A stretch of 64,000 bases of DNA from Sedimentisphaeraceae bacterium JB056 (GCA_044440125.1 JBITAJ010000024.1:1-64000), one strand, 5' to 3'; shown: positions 20,885 to 31,297, numbered from the stretch's first letter. Notes: generated by a model from the letters alone, not told the origin. A program made the numbers and translations.

Positions 20885-23216
20885 AAAAAAGTCCTATTTG
20901 CTGAGGTTTTATAATTTGGTTTTCAAATTCGTAAATACTTACAATCTTATCACGACAAACATCTCTAATTAATGAAATGTCATTAAACGGTAGATTTGGT
21001 TTTACGTATTCTTCTGTGCCTGAAACATAATTCCCTACCAGAAACAGTCCTTCTTTATCTGTCTTAAATGCAGAACTACTGATGAGCTCATTGTCTACTT
21101 TCCACTCCAAATCCGGATTACCCGTCTCGAGAATATGCTGGTAAGGCTCAAGGTTCTTCAGCGATTTAGCCACGTAATAATATTCTTTTGCATTATCAAA
21201 ATCCACAAAACAGAAAAAGGCAACACCATTACCATTCAAAATCAACTCGTAAATCATTAGTTCAATCTTAAATGAAGGATATTCTCCATATGTACCTGTT
21301 GTAATCCACGGAAAGGCTCGCCACTTTTCTTTCAACAAACGGTATTCATCTTGTGCTACGCAGTGAATCGTATCCAGTTGACCACCAATATAAAGAGGCT
21401 TTTGAGACAAATTGATATAATCAGGATATATCTTGTCAAAAGAAAATACATCTTGATAAACACCACCGCTCTCACATACGTGATACAGTCCTACCTTATA
21501 CTCTCCAGTCGCCCTACTTACATCTCTTGCCATACGGGTACCGCAATTAACAAGGTAATCCTCAATAGATACATTCTGTTTATTTGCAAGCGATGTACAT
21601 CTACTACAATCTTTAACCTTTGCCTTGATGCCGGAAAACAATTCTATATCAAAGAAAATATAATCCGGATCAACCGAGCTGACACACTTTCTAATTCTTT
21701 TCAGAACATCTAAATAGTATTTTCCTCTATAACTCGGACATAATCTTGTCTCAACTCCCTGACAACTAACCTTATCTGCATCCTCAGGTTGCAAATTCAT
21801 AGTATGAAAAGCCGAGTCGACCATTGCTATATTAAGCCCATTCTCTCTCACTCTTTTGTAAAATTTTAGGATGTCTTCCTGAATATCATATTGCTCTTTA
21901 TCAACATAGTACATTGGGAATGCGGGAAACATATTAAAACCGATTCTTGGGTAATTGGTCAGGAAATCAGGCCAGTCTGAAGAATATAATTCCCACATCC
22001 ATGCAAGAACTACGGGTGATGCATGGAAATCAACCTCACTTGGCAAATTAAATATATCAGCTGTAAATCCAGCAGGCGTAAATGCCCTTTTTTTATTTTC
22101 ATTAGAATTAGTAGCCTCTTCAACCTCTTCTGTATAGAAAAAACATTTATTATTTGATGTCAACTCACCGTTTATCTTAAAATACAGAGGACCAAAAGTA
22201 TAAGAATGAGTTTGTTGCCCCATTTTCTTAACTATTCTTCCGGGCCAGAAGTCTTTATCGATCCAAGGTTTATTATTAGCTTGTTCATTAACCTTAATTG
22301 TTATCTTTCTATATTTCTCACCATCTCTGGTAAAATTTCGTTCTGAGATGTGGTGAAATGAAATTAGTTTATTTCTGACTAATTGGATTTCATCTGGCAA
22401 TTCCATTATAAAACTAAGATCCCGCCATGATCCTCCAGGTCTATAGTCTACATAGTGTAGAACAGTAGGCAACACGGCATTCTCACACACAGAAAACCCA
22501 TGCTGTTTCAACGGTCCAAAATAAACACTGTCACGTTCTGCTAATAAACCATCCAAACCAAAGTGTGTCCTGTTTTGAGGATTATAAACTTCTTCTTTTG
22601 GTTTACAATTCTCTTCGCTTCCCCATATTTGCCATTCATCAGCATAAAGATAAAAGAAATCAGATAATATGTTGACCCCAACATAACGGGCAGAGATATT
22701 ATCTAATTCAAACTCAAAATTGTAAGGAATCGCTTTACCTATTTCATCGGCATAAAAATATTCTTTCTTATCAGAATTCTCACCTTGTCCATAAGTCGTA
22801 ATCTTATAGAACGCTTTAACACGATAGAAATCTTGACCGTTTTTACTAACCAATAGAGTAACTCTCTTCGGCAATCGTAGATGTCTTGCGAAAGACGAAT
22901 TACCGAAGACCCTTATATTAGATTTCTTCAACTGCTTGATTTCCCCCAAGTCAATTACCATATTAACACCAACTTGGTCAGAAATCGTATACGCATTCCA
23001 TTGCCAATAGACGGCATCATCGGACAAATTAATCCCACCGGGATTTTGCACAAGAATTCCGTCAGTAAGCTTATATGCAGTATCCACGCCCGTAGAACTT
23101 TCCGGCTCAACAGAAAAGATAACTTTCTTGCCTGCAGCTAAGTTTGTAGAAGAATCAAGGTTAGCAAAAGTAACGGCATAGGATACACAGCAGAGAACTA
23201 AGATAACGTATCTCAT
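20868..23216 (-). CDS. Secreted protein of unknown function (discoidin-like N-terminus, putative catalytic C-terminus); paralog of 26710..29217
   Basis: Signal peptide; NLAAGK..KLTDG..IDLGE..ARYVG discoidin-like motifs; PDYIFFDIE, CxxC and PWITTGTYGE shared with the paralog. Confidence 0.7.
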   Translation of the reverse strand: MRYVILVLCCVSYAVTFANLDSSTNLAAGKKVIFSVEPESSTGVDTAYKLTDGILVQNPGGINLSDDAVYWQWNAYTISDQVGVNMVIDLGEIKQLKKSNIRVFGNSSFARHLRLPKRVTLLVSKNGQDFYRVKAFYKITTYGQGENSDKKEYFYADEIGKAIPYNFEFELDNISARYVGVNILSDFFYLYADEWQIWGSEENCKPKEEVYNPQNRTHFGLDGLLAERDSVYFGPLKQHGFSVCENAVLPTVLHYVDYRPGGSWRDLSFIMELPDEIQLVRNKLISFHHISERNFTRDGEKYRKITIKVNEQANNKPWIDKDFWPGRIVKKMGQQTHSYTFGPLYFKINGELTSNNKCFFYTEEVEEATNSNENKKRAFTPAGFTADIFNLPSEVDFHASPVVLAWMWELYSSDWPDFLTNYPRIGFNMFPAFPMYYVDKEQYDIQEDILKFYKRVRENGLNIAMVDSAFHTMNLQPEDADKVSCQGVETRLCPSYRGKYYLDVLKRIRKCVSSVDPDYIFFDIELFSGIKAKVKDCSRCTSLANKQNVSIEDYLVNCGTRMARDVSRATGEYKVGLYHVCESGGVYQDVFSFDKIYPDYINLSQKPLYIGGQLDTIHCVAQDEYRLLKEKWRAFPWITTGTYGEYPSFKIELMIYELILNGNGVAFFCFVDFDNAKEYYYVAKSLKNLEPYQHILETGNPDLEWKVDNELISSSAFKTDKEGLFLVGNYVSGTEEYVKPNLPFNDISLIRDVCRDKIVSIYEFENQIIKPQQIGLFYVKSN

Positions 23217-23264
23217 TAAAACTAATCCCTTCAGGAGTTAAAAGCTAATATAAAACTAAACCTA

Positions 23265-24053
23265 TCAGTTTTCGTCTTCTTTTAAATTGTAGCAACAACT
23301 TTGAGCATCATTTTCTCCGGAGAACGCTATCATTCTCTCGGGGATATGCCCCTTCCATGTTTGAACATGACCATCAAGAAGGCATATATTAACTCCTGCT
23401 GCCGATGTCCATATTTCTTCGCCATTGGGAGTTGGATGTCTAAAGGCAAAAGAACTATAGGGCATTAAGGCTAGATTAGATTCGAAATAAGGTGCCCATC
23501 TATTGCCTGAATTTGCATAATTATAGTGCCTAACATAATAATAAGTGTAAAGTGTATCGGCAGTGGTATACGTAATAGCATCGCCAAAGGCTATCACGTT
23601 AGCCATATTATTTACATCAGACATCTTCACTTTCTTTACTTTCAGCCATTCAGCACCTAAATAATCATTGTAACAATAATTATGCAATGCCTGATTCTCG
23701 GCGGGCAGATGTCTATTTGAAGGGTCGGAAGGACAAAGCAAGACACTTGCTTTCCCTCTTTCGATTTCGCCGAAATAAGGGGATATCAAGTTGTACCAAT
23801 GCGTCCACTGATAGCTCATTCCTTCCTTTGCGGAATCAACAAAGGCTGCAATAGGAAGGTAGCCTTCATTATCCGCTACGTATAGATAGATTGAAGAACC
23901 AAGCTGCTTTAGATTAGATTTACAAATAACACTCTTAGCAGACTCTCTCGCTTTAGCAAGAGATGGTATTAAAATTGACATCAGTAAAGCAATTATAGAT
24001 ATCACTACCAATAATTCTACAAGAGTGAAGCCTCTTTTTCGATTGTACACCAT
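23265..24053 (-). CDS. Prepilin-type N-terminal cleavage/methylation domain protein (DUF1559/H-X9-DG-like)
   Basis: RKRGFTLVELLVVISIIALLMSILIPSL..AR..A...CxSNLKQ; CPSD; FRH....VNICLLDGHV. Confidence 0.9.
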   Translation of the reverse strand: MVYNRKRGFTLVELLVVISIIALLMSILIPSLAKARESAKSVICKSNLKQLGSSIYLYVADNEGYLPIAAFVDSAKEGMSYQWTHWYNLISPYFGEIERGKASVLLCPSDPSNRHLPAENQALHNYCYNDYLGAEWLKVKKVKMSDVNNMANVIAFGDAITYTTADTLYTYYYVRHYNYANSGNRWAPYFESNLALMPYSSFAFRHPTPNGEEIWTSAAGVNICLLDGHVQTWKGHIPERMIAFSGENDAQSCCYNLKEDEN

Positions 24054-24242
24054 AACAAATACCTATTTTTATTAATAACTCCGATACCAAACCCGGACCA
24101 AAACGCAACTATCGCCAGCCCGGCACCAATAAAAATTCATTACAGGCAAAGAATATTATCAGAACACAAGCTACCGTAAACTCAAAATATGTTGTTTATC
24201 TGATAGTCTGAAATTTCAGACACAATCTTATGCTAAATTATA

Positions 24243-24274
24243 ATTTTGCAGAGGGCGGTAACCCTCTGCAAAAT
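24243..24274. terminator. Stem-loop between the dockerin-like protein gene and the prepilin gene (terminator or mRNA-stabilising hairpin)
   Basis: Perfect 13-bp stem ATTTTGCAGAGGG / CCCTCTGCAAAAT, loop CGGTAA. Confidence 0.75.
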
Positions 24275-24364
24275 CAGGGTCAAGATTATAGTTCATCCCG
24301 TCAAAGATGATTTTTCCATCTTCAGTGTAAACCAACCATATCTTGCAATAAACAACCTTTTCAA

Positions 24365-25372
24365 TTATTGACAATCAGGATCATCCGGATGAACGCAACC
24401 CAACCAATCCGAAGCAAATACAGAAAAATCCAACAAGTCAACATAACAATCATTATTTAGATCACCAGTCAACCCTCCACCAGAAGCTATAAGAGCCAAA
24501 CACGGATCCTCTTCGCTTAACAAATCCAATACATTCCCAACACTCAGATTGTCGTAATAAGCAGCTCCCATTACACCCTGGGTATTATTAAGTTGATAAG
24601 AAGGATTTCCAAGAATAATCTTATTCCAATTATAGATCTGAACATATGGGTCGTGCCCATCTTCTATATTAGGGTTTAGATTGAAATCAACACTATCAAC
24701 AATTCGAATACCTGTTTCAACATCTATAACCCATACTCTACATAAAACGTCAGGATTTGTACCAACATCATCACCATCAGCCGTATCTGTCCAAAGATGA
24801 CTTACCACTTGATACCACTTCTCAGTCTGGATCGAGCTCGAATCTAACCGAATGCGTTTGCTGGAATCATACGGAGCCCACATCGGAACGCCATAAACCC
24901 CTATCTGTCCTTGGTCCTGTATAAGCATTACACCACCACCATACGAGTGAAATTGCATTCCCATACGATTCCCGTCAGACCAAGTACCCGAGGGCTTAAT
25001 TAGTACACTTATATAGACTGGATCTCTCTCTATATCGGGACGCCAATGAACATAAGAATCAAAATAATGCCATGCGTCCAACGTTGCAAACACATTCATA
25101 AGCGTACCGCCATCATCATACCCGGCAAAATAAACTGACTGGTCCCCCTCATAGACGTCATCCGTAGTTACTCTACCGCAACCAGTATATTCCGGATGAT
25201 TCGTAGTCCACCCAACAGTGGTTACCGGCTGATAATTAAGATTACCTTCAGCCTGAGACGAATAAGTAAAATCAGACAAATAATTGGGGTCCTCAAAACC
25301 AACCTGAAAAGAACCAGCCAAACAGGCGTTACCTACCAAGGCACAAATTGACAAAACAAACACTTTTCTCAT
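24365..25372 (-). CDS. Secreted protein with C-terminal dockerin-like/EF-hand module
   Basis: Signal peptide; C-terminus C..GDLNNDCYVDLLDFSVFASDWLGCVHPDDPDC; RBS AAAGGA. Confidence 0.75.
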   Translation of the reverse strand: MRKVFVLSICALVGNACLAGSFQVGFEDPNYLSDFTYSSQAEGNLNYQPVTTVGWTTNHPEYTGCGRVTTDDVYEGDQSVYFAGYDDGGTLMNVFATLDAWHYFDSYVHWRPDIERDPVYISVLIKPSGTWSDGNRMGMQFHSYGGGVMLIQDQGQIGVYGVPMWAPYDSSKRIRLDSSSIQTEKWYQVVSHLWTDTADGDDVGTNPDVLCRVWVIDVETGIRIVDSVDFNLNPNIEDGHDPYVQIYNWNKIILGNPSYQLNNTQGVMGAAYYDNLSVGNVLDLLSEEDPCLALIASGGGLTGDLNNDCYVDLLDFSVFASDWLGCVHPDDPDCQ

Positions 25373-25395
25373 AGCACTTTCCTTTCAAAATAAAA

Positions 25396-26487
25396 TTAAT
25401 GTTCCTTATAAATACCACATATTTTAATTCCAGGTAAAACATCTAAACCTTTATTCTCCAAAGATCGCAAAAGCATATACGCCGCCTGCATACCTAACTC
25501 ATTCAGATCGAACACCATCTTGTCAATCTCGTCAGGTAAAACAACCGATGTATTTTTATTTACATGAGTTATAATCTTTACATTTTCACCAGGCATTAAA
25601 CCCTTATTTGCCAGCTTCAATATATCTCTACAGCAATAAACATCATCAGCAAAATATATAGCCGAAACATCCTTAAACTCATCCGAAATCATAAAATCTA
25701 TAAGATAATCCTGCCCGGAGAAAAAACTTATATTAGCATCATCTTTATATTTGTACTTTAGAGATTCGCACGCAGATTTCAGACTTGACTCACCTTTATG
25801 CTCAGACAACGGCTCAAATATTGCTATATTTTCATACCCTTGAGCAACTAAGATCCCCACAGACCTCCTCACAGAATCTTCGTTATCAATGGTTACACAA
25901 TTATTGTGGACTTCATCCAAATCAATCAATGCATGGGGCACCTTCATTTTCTGGAATTCCAACATTTTCTCAGGAGGCCAATCCTGCACCCACAAAACCC
26001 CTCCATCGTAACCATCCAATATCTCGTAAAACACATCAAAATCAAAATCTCTGTCGTTGAGTAACTCGCATCTTTCTTCTACAATCCGCCTGCCAAAGGA
26101 TGCCGCCACCTTTTCAAAGCCGGAATAGATACTCCTAAACACTTCGGAATCTCTTCTCCACTTGTGAACAAATTTGATATTATAAGTCTCTTGCACTGCT
26201 ACTTTCTGTTTCAATCGGGATTTGTCGGATTTTAACAACCCCAAAGAGTCTACAATCTTCTCTCTAAACTCAGGAGAAACACCCTTGGCAAGAAAAGTGC
26301 CTTTGCCTTTTTGAGTGGATATAAGCCCGTAATCAGCGAGCCTATCCATAGCTCTTCTTACGGTATTAATAGATACATTGAGCTCATCAACACAACGAGG
26401 ATTGCTAAGCAACCTGTCTCCTACTGAGAGATTTTCAGATTCAATATAATCAAGGATAGATAAAACTGCCGCCTTTTCTTTATTCAT
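25396..26487 (-). CDS. GntR-family regulator with LacI-type sugar-binding C-terminal domain
   Basis: VGDRL..ELNVSINTVRRAMDRL..GLISTQKGKGTF winged HTH; VTIDNE periplasmic-binding fold. Start moved to ATG 26487 (MNKEK). Confidence 0.85.
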   Translation of the reverse strand: MNKEKAAVLSILDYIESENLSVGDRLLSNPRCVDELNVSINTVRRAMDRLADYGLISTQKGKGTFLAKGVSPEFREKIVDSLGLLKSDKSRLKQKVAVQETYNIKFVHKWRRDSEVFRSIYSGFEKVAASFGRRIVEERCELLNDRDFDFDVFYEILDGYDGGVLWVQDWPPEKMLEFQKMKVPHALIDLDEVHNNCVTIDNEDSVRRSVGILVAQGYENIAIFEPLSEHKGESSLKSACESLKYKYKDDANISFFSGQDYLIDFMISDEFKDVSAIYFADDVYCCRDILKLANKGLMPGENVKIITHVNKNTSVVLPDEIDKMVFDLNELGMQAAYMLLRSLENKGLDVLPGIKICGIYKEH

Positions 26488-26530
26488 AATACACCCTATA
26501 TGTGATGAAAGTTCAATTTTATTATAGGAA

Positions 26531-26559
26531 ATATTATAAGACAAACAAGCTCTTGTCAA
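26531..26559 (-). promoter_or_regulatory. Putative sigma70 promoter of the GntR gene
   Basis: Minus strand TTGACA (26559-26554) followed by TATAAT at 15 nt or TAATAT at 17 nt. Confidence 0.5.
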
Positions 26560-26709
26560 GTGATTTTTCTAAAAAACAAATATTAATTTTATCAAAAAGC
26601 ACAAAATAGCCATTTTATCAAAAAAAAACAGTTGCTTTTTCAATGCATATAATATATAAAAACAATTTTGCATAACATAAATATTATAAGTTTTTGACAG
26701 GTGGCATAA

Positions 26710-29217
26710 ATGTGTGTCCTTAAAATTACCGTAATACTATTAGTTTTCTACCAAAGCGCATTCTGCATCTCAGATGAATGTTCACTGTTTTATAGTGAAC
26801 AACAGAACATAACAGCTGACCTGAACAAAGATTGCTATATCGACAGTGAAGACGTCTATATATTAGTCTCAAATTGGCTTGAATGCATAGACAACTCTAA
26901 TCCTGCGTGCAGAGACTTTGAGCCGATCGAGAATCTCTCATATAATAAGCCTGTATACTATTCAATCCCACCGGATTCGCCTGCCGACAATACGTCGAGT
27001 TCCAAGCTTACCGACGGGCAGACAAACCCATCCGGGCAGAAACTTGATAATATGACAGTCGGTTGGAGATGGGCAGGCTACGACAAGGTCGATTCACAGG
27101 GATTATATGTATGCGTCGACTTGGGTGAAAACAAGCCTATAGGCGAAATATCACTGAGTGTCTTTACTGACACAATAGCCACCGCCTTCTACAAAGCTCC
27201 CAAAAAAATCACTGCAATGATAAGCAGTGATGGCGAAAATTTCTATGAAGTAAAGACATTGTGCAAAAGTTCTGCCTACGGCAATCATCTACCCAAAAAT
27301 GTTGAAACCTTTAGTCTTGATGAATATACTCCTGTAAGAAAAACAAATAAAATAACATTTAATACCAAAGGCGCACCGGCACGATATGTAGGATTTCGAA
27401 TAGTTTCAGAGTATTTTATGTTCTGGATGGATGAGATTCAGGTAATGTCTTCCGGATCAGGAATCGATAACAACAGTAGCATTTATAATAGCGAAAATAG
27501 AAAGCCTTTCTATATCGGTCATGGGCTTGCGCAAAAAGACAGCATCTACTTCGGGCCAACGCAAGACCAACTTGTTGTTGCTCAAAACGCAGATATACCT
27601 GCAATTCTATCTTTTGGAGACTATAGAGGCAGCGGAAACGATGTTTTCTCGCCGGCAACAAGTAATACTTGCTATGAAATGACATTTGTTATTGACTTAC
27701 CGTCCGATATTAGCATAGCCGAGAATGAACCATTCAGCTATAATCTTATCCTGACCGACGACTATGTAGAAAATGACACAAATAGAACAAAATACACTTT
27801 TAGGTTAATAGCTTCTGAAAATGGTGTTGCATATCCGGGTGTAGGGAAGGGGTCAAGAGGAAGACTACTATGGGATGTATACTTCGGGCCAATATACTTC
27901 AAAACACAAACCGATTTTCAAGGGCAGCAAGAAGCTTACTTCTATTGCGTCATGAATGACGGCACAGAGATATCAAAAATTAAGGTACCGATTTATTCGA
28001 TACAGATTCCACAGACTCAACCGGTTGAAAATTCCTATGTTGGTCTCGCATGGATGGAAGATTTTTTCGCATTACAATGGCCTGATTTCTTCAACAACTA
28101 CAAATCTATCGGCTTTAACACGGTGTCTACCTTTCCACGTCGATATACGACAACGAACGGAAACCTGCCACAAGAGGCATTGGATTTCTACGATGACATA
28201 GTCAGTGAAGGGCTCAAAAAGTGTTATGTAGAATCTCCTCTTGCGGTATTGAGATATATTGACGGCACAGGCTGTACGTCTCATCCTGACACCTCAGTCT
28301 GTCCATCTTATACCGGCACTGAATATTGGGACGATATAAACACAATACATTCCTACTGGAACCAAATCAATCCTGATTATGTTTTCTATGACATAGAAGT
28401 CTTCGATGGAGACCTGCTCAGTCGCGTAGCCTCGTGCACAAGATGCCAAGCTGCTATTTCACAGTCGGGTCTGTCCACAGAAGAATATTTGAAAAAATGC
28501 GGTCAAAGAATATTGGAAGACCTGAGAGGGGATGTCTCGTCTATACCGGAGATAAGAAATGAAAAAATTGGTTCTTATCATATTGATGTTGAAAACAGTC
28601 CCTATCAGAACGTATTTAGTTTCACGGATTCTTTTCCAAACTATCCGGACAATTTAGATTTTGGTATGCCAAGTTGGTACCTTGCCGGAACACTGGAAAG
28701 TATACACGAAAGATGCACGAACCAGTATACGGAAATACAACAAACCAAGCTATACATCCCTTGGATTACAGCCGGCACATACGGCGAATTCTGCTCGTTC
28801 AAAATAGAGCCTATGATTTATGAGATTTTCATTAATGGCGGCGGTGGAGTTGCTTTCTTTTCTTATTTAGATTTTGACACACCATTGGATTACTACTATA
28901 CTGCCAAAGCACTGAAAACAATAAATACATATTCAGATGTGTTTGAGTCAGGCAATCCAATCGTCTCCTGGACAGGAACAAATAGCAAGATGAGCTATTC
29001 CGCAATCAAGTCAGACGATAAATATATCCTAATGATTGGTAACTATTCAGACACTCAACAAACAACAAGTTTTCAAATCCCCTATAACGATGCAAAATCC
29101 ACGTACGTATATAATATAACAAAAAATATTATAGAAGCAGATGGGACTAAGAACCCAGCTATAAATTTAACCTTGGATACTCAAGAATTTTGCTTATATT
29201 ACGTAATAACTTTTTAA
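26710..29217 (+). CDS. Secreted protein of unknown function with N-terminal dockerin-like module; paralog of 20868..23216
   Basis: Signal peptide; ADLNKDCYIDSEDVYILVSNWLECID..PAC, then colinear motifs KLTDG, DLGE, ARYVG, DSIYFGP, LAWM, WPDF, CPSY, PDYVFYDIE, PWITAGTYGE. Confidence 0.72.
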   Translation: MCVLKITVILLVFYQSAFCISDECSLFYSEQQNITADLNKDCYIDSEDVYILVSNWLECIDNSNPACRDFEPIENLSYNKPVYYSIPPDSPADNTSSSKLTDGQTNPSGQKLDNMTVGWRWAGYDKVDSQGLYVCVDLGENKPIGEISLSVFTDTIATAFYKAPKKITAMISSDGENFYEVKTLCKSSAYGNHLPKNVETFSLDEYTPVRKTNKITFNTKGAPARYVGFRIVSEYFMFWMDEIQVMSSGSGIDNNSSIYNSENRKPFYIGHGLAQKDSIYFGPTQDQLVVAQNADIPAILSFGDYRGSGNDVFSPATSNTCYEMTFVIDLPSDISIAENEPFSYNLILTDDYVENDTNRTKYTFRLIASENGVAYPGVGKGSRGRLLWDVYFGPIYFKTQTDFQGQQEAYFYCVMNDGTEISKIKVPIYSIQIPQTQPVENSYVGLAWMEDFFALQWPDFFNNYKSIGFNTVSTFPRRYTTTNGNLPQEALDFYDDIVSEGLKKCYVESPLAVLRYIDGTGCTSHPDTSVCPSYTGTEYWDDINTIHSYWNQINPDYVFYDIEVFDGDLLSRVASCTRCQAAISQSGLSTEEYLKKCGQRILEDLRGDVSSIPEIRNEKIGSYHIDVENSPYQNVFSFTDSFPNYPDNLDFGMPSWYLAGTLESIHERCTNQYTEIQQTKLYIPWITAGTYGEFCSFKIEPMIYEIFINGGGGVAFFSYLDFDTPLDYYYTAKALKTINTYSDVFESGNPIVSWTGTNSKMSYSAIKSDDKYILMIGNYSDTQQTTSFQIPYNDAKSTYVYNITKNIIEADGTKNPAINLTLDTQEFCLYYVITF

Positions 29218-29244
29218 TTTTAAATTATTCGGAGCTAATTAGAG

Positions 29245-30423
29245 ATGAGAAAAGCTAAAATAGGAATTATCGGTGCAGGGCACTTTGTAAGAGGACATCA
29301 CTTGGAGACGGCACGTAAATCTGACTTAATGGAAATACGCGCTGTCGCCGACATAATTCCCGAAAGACTAAATAAGTTCACGGAGATAGCTCCAATAGGC
29401 TATACTACATTTGATTACAAGAAACTCCTTGATGATGAAGAAATTGATATTGTCATAATAGGAACTAAGCAAGACCTCCATGCAAAAATGATTGTTGAGA
29501 GTCTTGATGCAGGTAAATGGGTGTATTGTGAGAAACCAATGAGCCAAAATGAAGAGGAATCACAGATGGTTCTCGATGCAGAAAAAAGAAACCCCGGAAA
29601 ACTTGCAATTGGTTTCAACAGAAGATTTTCCCCGGCAATCCAAAAAATAAGGCAACTTATGGCAAATGAAAAACGCCCATGGTATATCGATTACATTCTT
29701 ATGTCTCCTGCATTAGATTACAACAAACCAGGTAGTTATTATGCGAATCAGCCAAGAATCCTCTACGAAGGATGCCATATTTTAGACCTTTTATGCTGGA
29801 TGTTAGGAACTGCCCCATCAAGCGTATATATGACAGGTAATATACACAATAATTGCTGTATAATAGGGTTTGATGATGGTTCTCAGGTATCTTTTACTTG
29901 TGGCTCCACAGGGTCATGGTGTTTATACAAAGAAATGATGCATATTTTCTGCGACTATAAGTCTATAGCTATGACAGACTTTATTGATCTGAAGATAAGG
30001 GGATTTAAAGGTGAGTTCGATAAAGTATATCCACCATTTGAAGAAGAATACAAACAAGACGTATTAAAATATGGGTATGATTACTGGGAAGCCCTTACCA
30101 ATAAGCGAGCTATCGAGTACAAAGACGAGAAATATTCTACTGAGAAATATTACAAACAATATGGTATTTATACGGAAAAAATAAAACGGCCGGTACCTAT
30201 CCCTAAAGAACCCGTAGATTACGGCTTCTCCGACCCTGAGTTTCTTGTACTTCACCCGGATAAAGGCTGGAAAAACGCATTAGAACACTTCGTAGAATGC
30301 TTTATCACAAACCAAGAACCTGAAAATGCAAACGGTTCTTCAGGGTATTTAAGCACACTACTCGCAGAAAAACTACTTGAATCTATGCATACAGGTAAAC
30401 CTATACCAATAACTTGCGATTAA
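29245..30423 (+). CDS. Gfo/Idh/MocA family oxidoreductase
   Basis: IGIIGAG, AGKWVYCEKPM, IGFNRRFSP, EGCHILD; shares the 'PDKG' tail with 11174..12337. Confidence 0.9.
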   Translation: MRKAKIGIIGAGHFVRGHHLETARKSDLMEIRAVADIIPERLNKFTEIAPIGYTTFDYKKLLDDEEIDIVIIGTKQDLHAKMIVESLDAGKWVYCEKPMSQNEEESQMVLDAEKRNPGKLAIGFNRRFSPAIQKIRQLMANEKRPWYIDYILMSPALDYNKPGSYYANQPRILYEGCHILDLLCWMLGTAPSSVYMTGNIHNNCCIIGFDDGSQVSFTCGSTGSWCLYKEMMHIFCDYKSIAMTDFIDLKIRGFKGEFDKVYPPFEEEYKQDVLKYGYDYWEALTNKRAIEYKDEKYSTEKYYKQYGIYTEKIKRPVPIPKEPVDYGFSDPEFLVLHPDKGWKNALEHFVECFITNQEPENANGSSGYLSTLLAEKLLESMHTGKPIPITCD

Positions 30424-30476
30424 TTAGAACTACCTCTTAACAAACTAATAGGTTGTAAATCTAACCGACTATTAAG

Positions 30477-30507
30477 TGCCCACGTTCAAGGACGTGGGCA
30501 TAATTTT
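30477..30507 (+). terminator. Intrinsic terminator
   Basis: Stem TGCCCACGT / ACGTGGGCA followed by TAATTTT, downstream of the 30423 stop. Confidence 0.65.
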
Positions 30508-30600
30508 GAAAGTTTCGGCTCTTAGATTGCGAGATAAGCCACCAGTTTTATGATTGCAGTACATTGTATGTTGAGTCTTTCACTGAAAGATAAATGTAAA

Positions 30601-31297
30601 GTTAATGAATAATGGTTTTTCGAGGCGTTTTGCCGCCTTGAAAACCTTGGTTGTACTGAACGCGGGCAATTTTGGAGGTGGATTGGGGGTGATTTGTGCC
30701 GTTTGGCTTAGTGTTTCAGTTGGTTTTGGCTTTTTATTTTGCTGATTTTATGAATTATCTGCCCTCTGCGCGCAACGGTACTACTGACATTGAAGTATTG
30801 TTCAAATCATTGATTGTGTGCTTGCAGTCGTTTGAAGATCTCGGCAATTGATGGACTTCTTGAGCGTGGTCTGGGTAGTTTTTCTATCAACGTCAGGTGC
30901 TCACTCTTGCAATGTGGGCACCTTGGCGTTATTGTCGTTTGCACTTGCTCAACGGCAACAGTTTTCTTAGTCGCAGGTTGTGGGCAATCACCGAATAAGT
31001 TCATCAACTTGACAAGCTTGAGTACGTGATATTTATGTGAGCTGTGCCATATACCATAGTACCGAACTTTATGAAAGCCCTTGGGTAATACGTGTTGCAG
31101 GTATCTACGCATAAATTCATGACCTGTTACCTTGCAGGTCTTAAAGCGTTTTGCCTTACGGTCCTTATACCTGAACGTAACAAACTCATCATCAATAGCT
31201 AAAATACGGCTGTTGGTGATTGCTACCCTGTGAACGTATCTTGAGAGGTAATTCAGCACTGCTTTATTGCCCTTGCCGTAATGGATGCTATGGCACA
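30601..31297 (-). mobile_element. 3' remnant of an IS91-family (Y2, rolling-circle) element
   Basis: Y2 transposase C-terminus plus a downstream terminal hairpin GGTTTTTCGAGGCG / CGCCTTGAAAACC (30614-30646). Confidence 0.65.
30807..31297 (-). pseudogene. IS91-family transposase, C-terminal fragment truncated by the rve element
   Basis: YLSRYVHRVAITNSRI (YxxxY), VTFRYKD, EFMRRYLQHVLPKGFHKVRYYG, CPHC. The ORF-track ATG at 31313 lies inside the inserted element end. Confidence 0.88.

Noticed and set aside
26529..26690. AAATATTATAAG repeated in the GntR divergent intergenic region as an operator
   Set aside because: Very AT-rich context, and one copy overlaps a -10 element; not distinguishable from chance without a statistical test.
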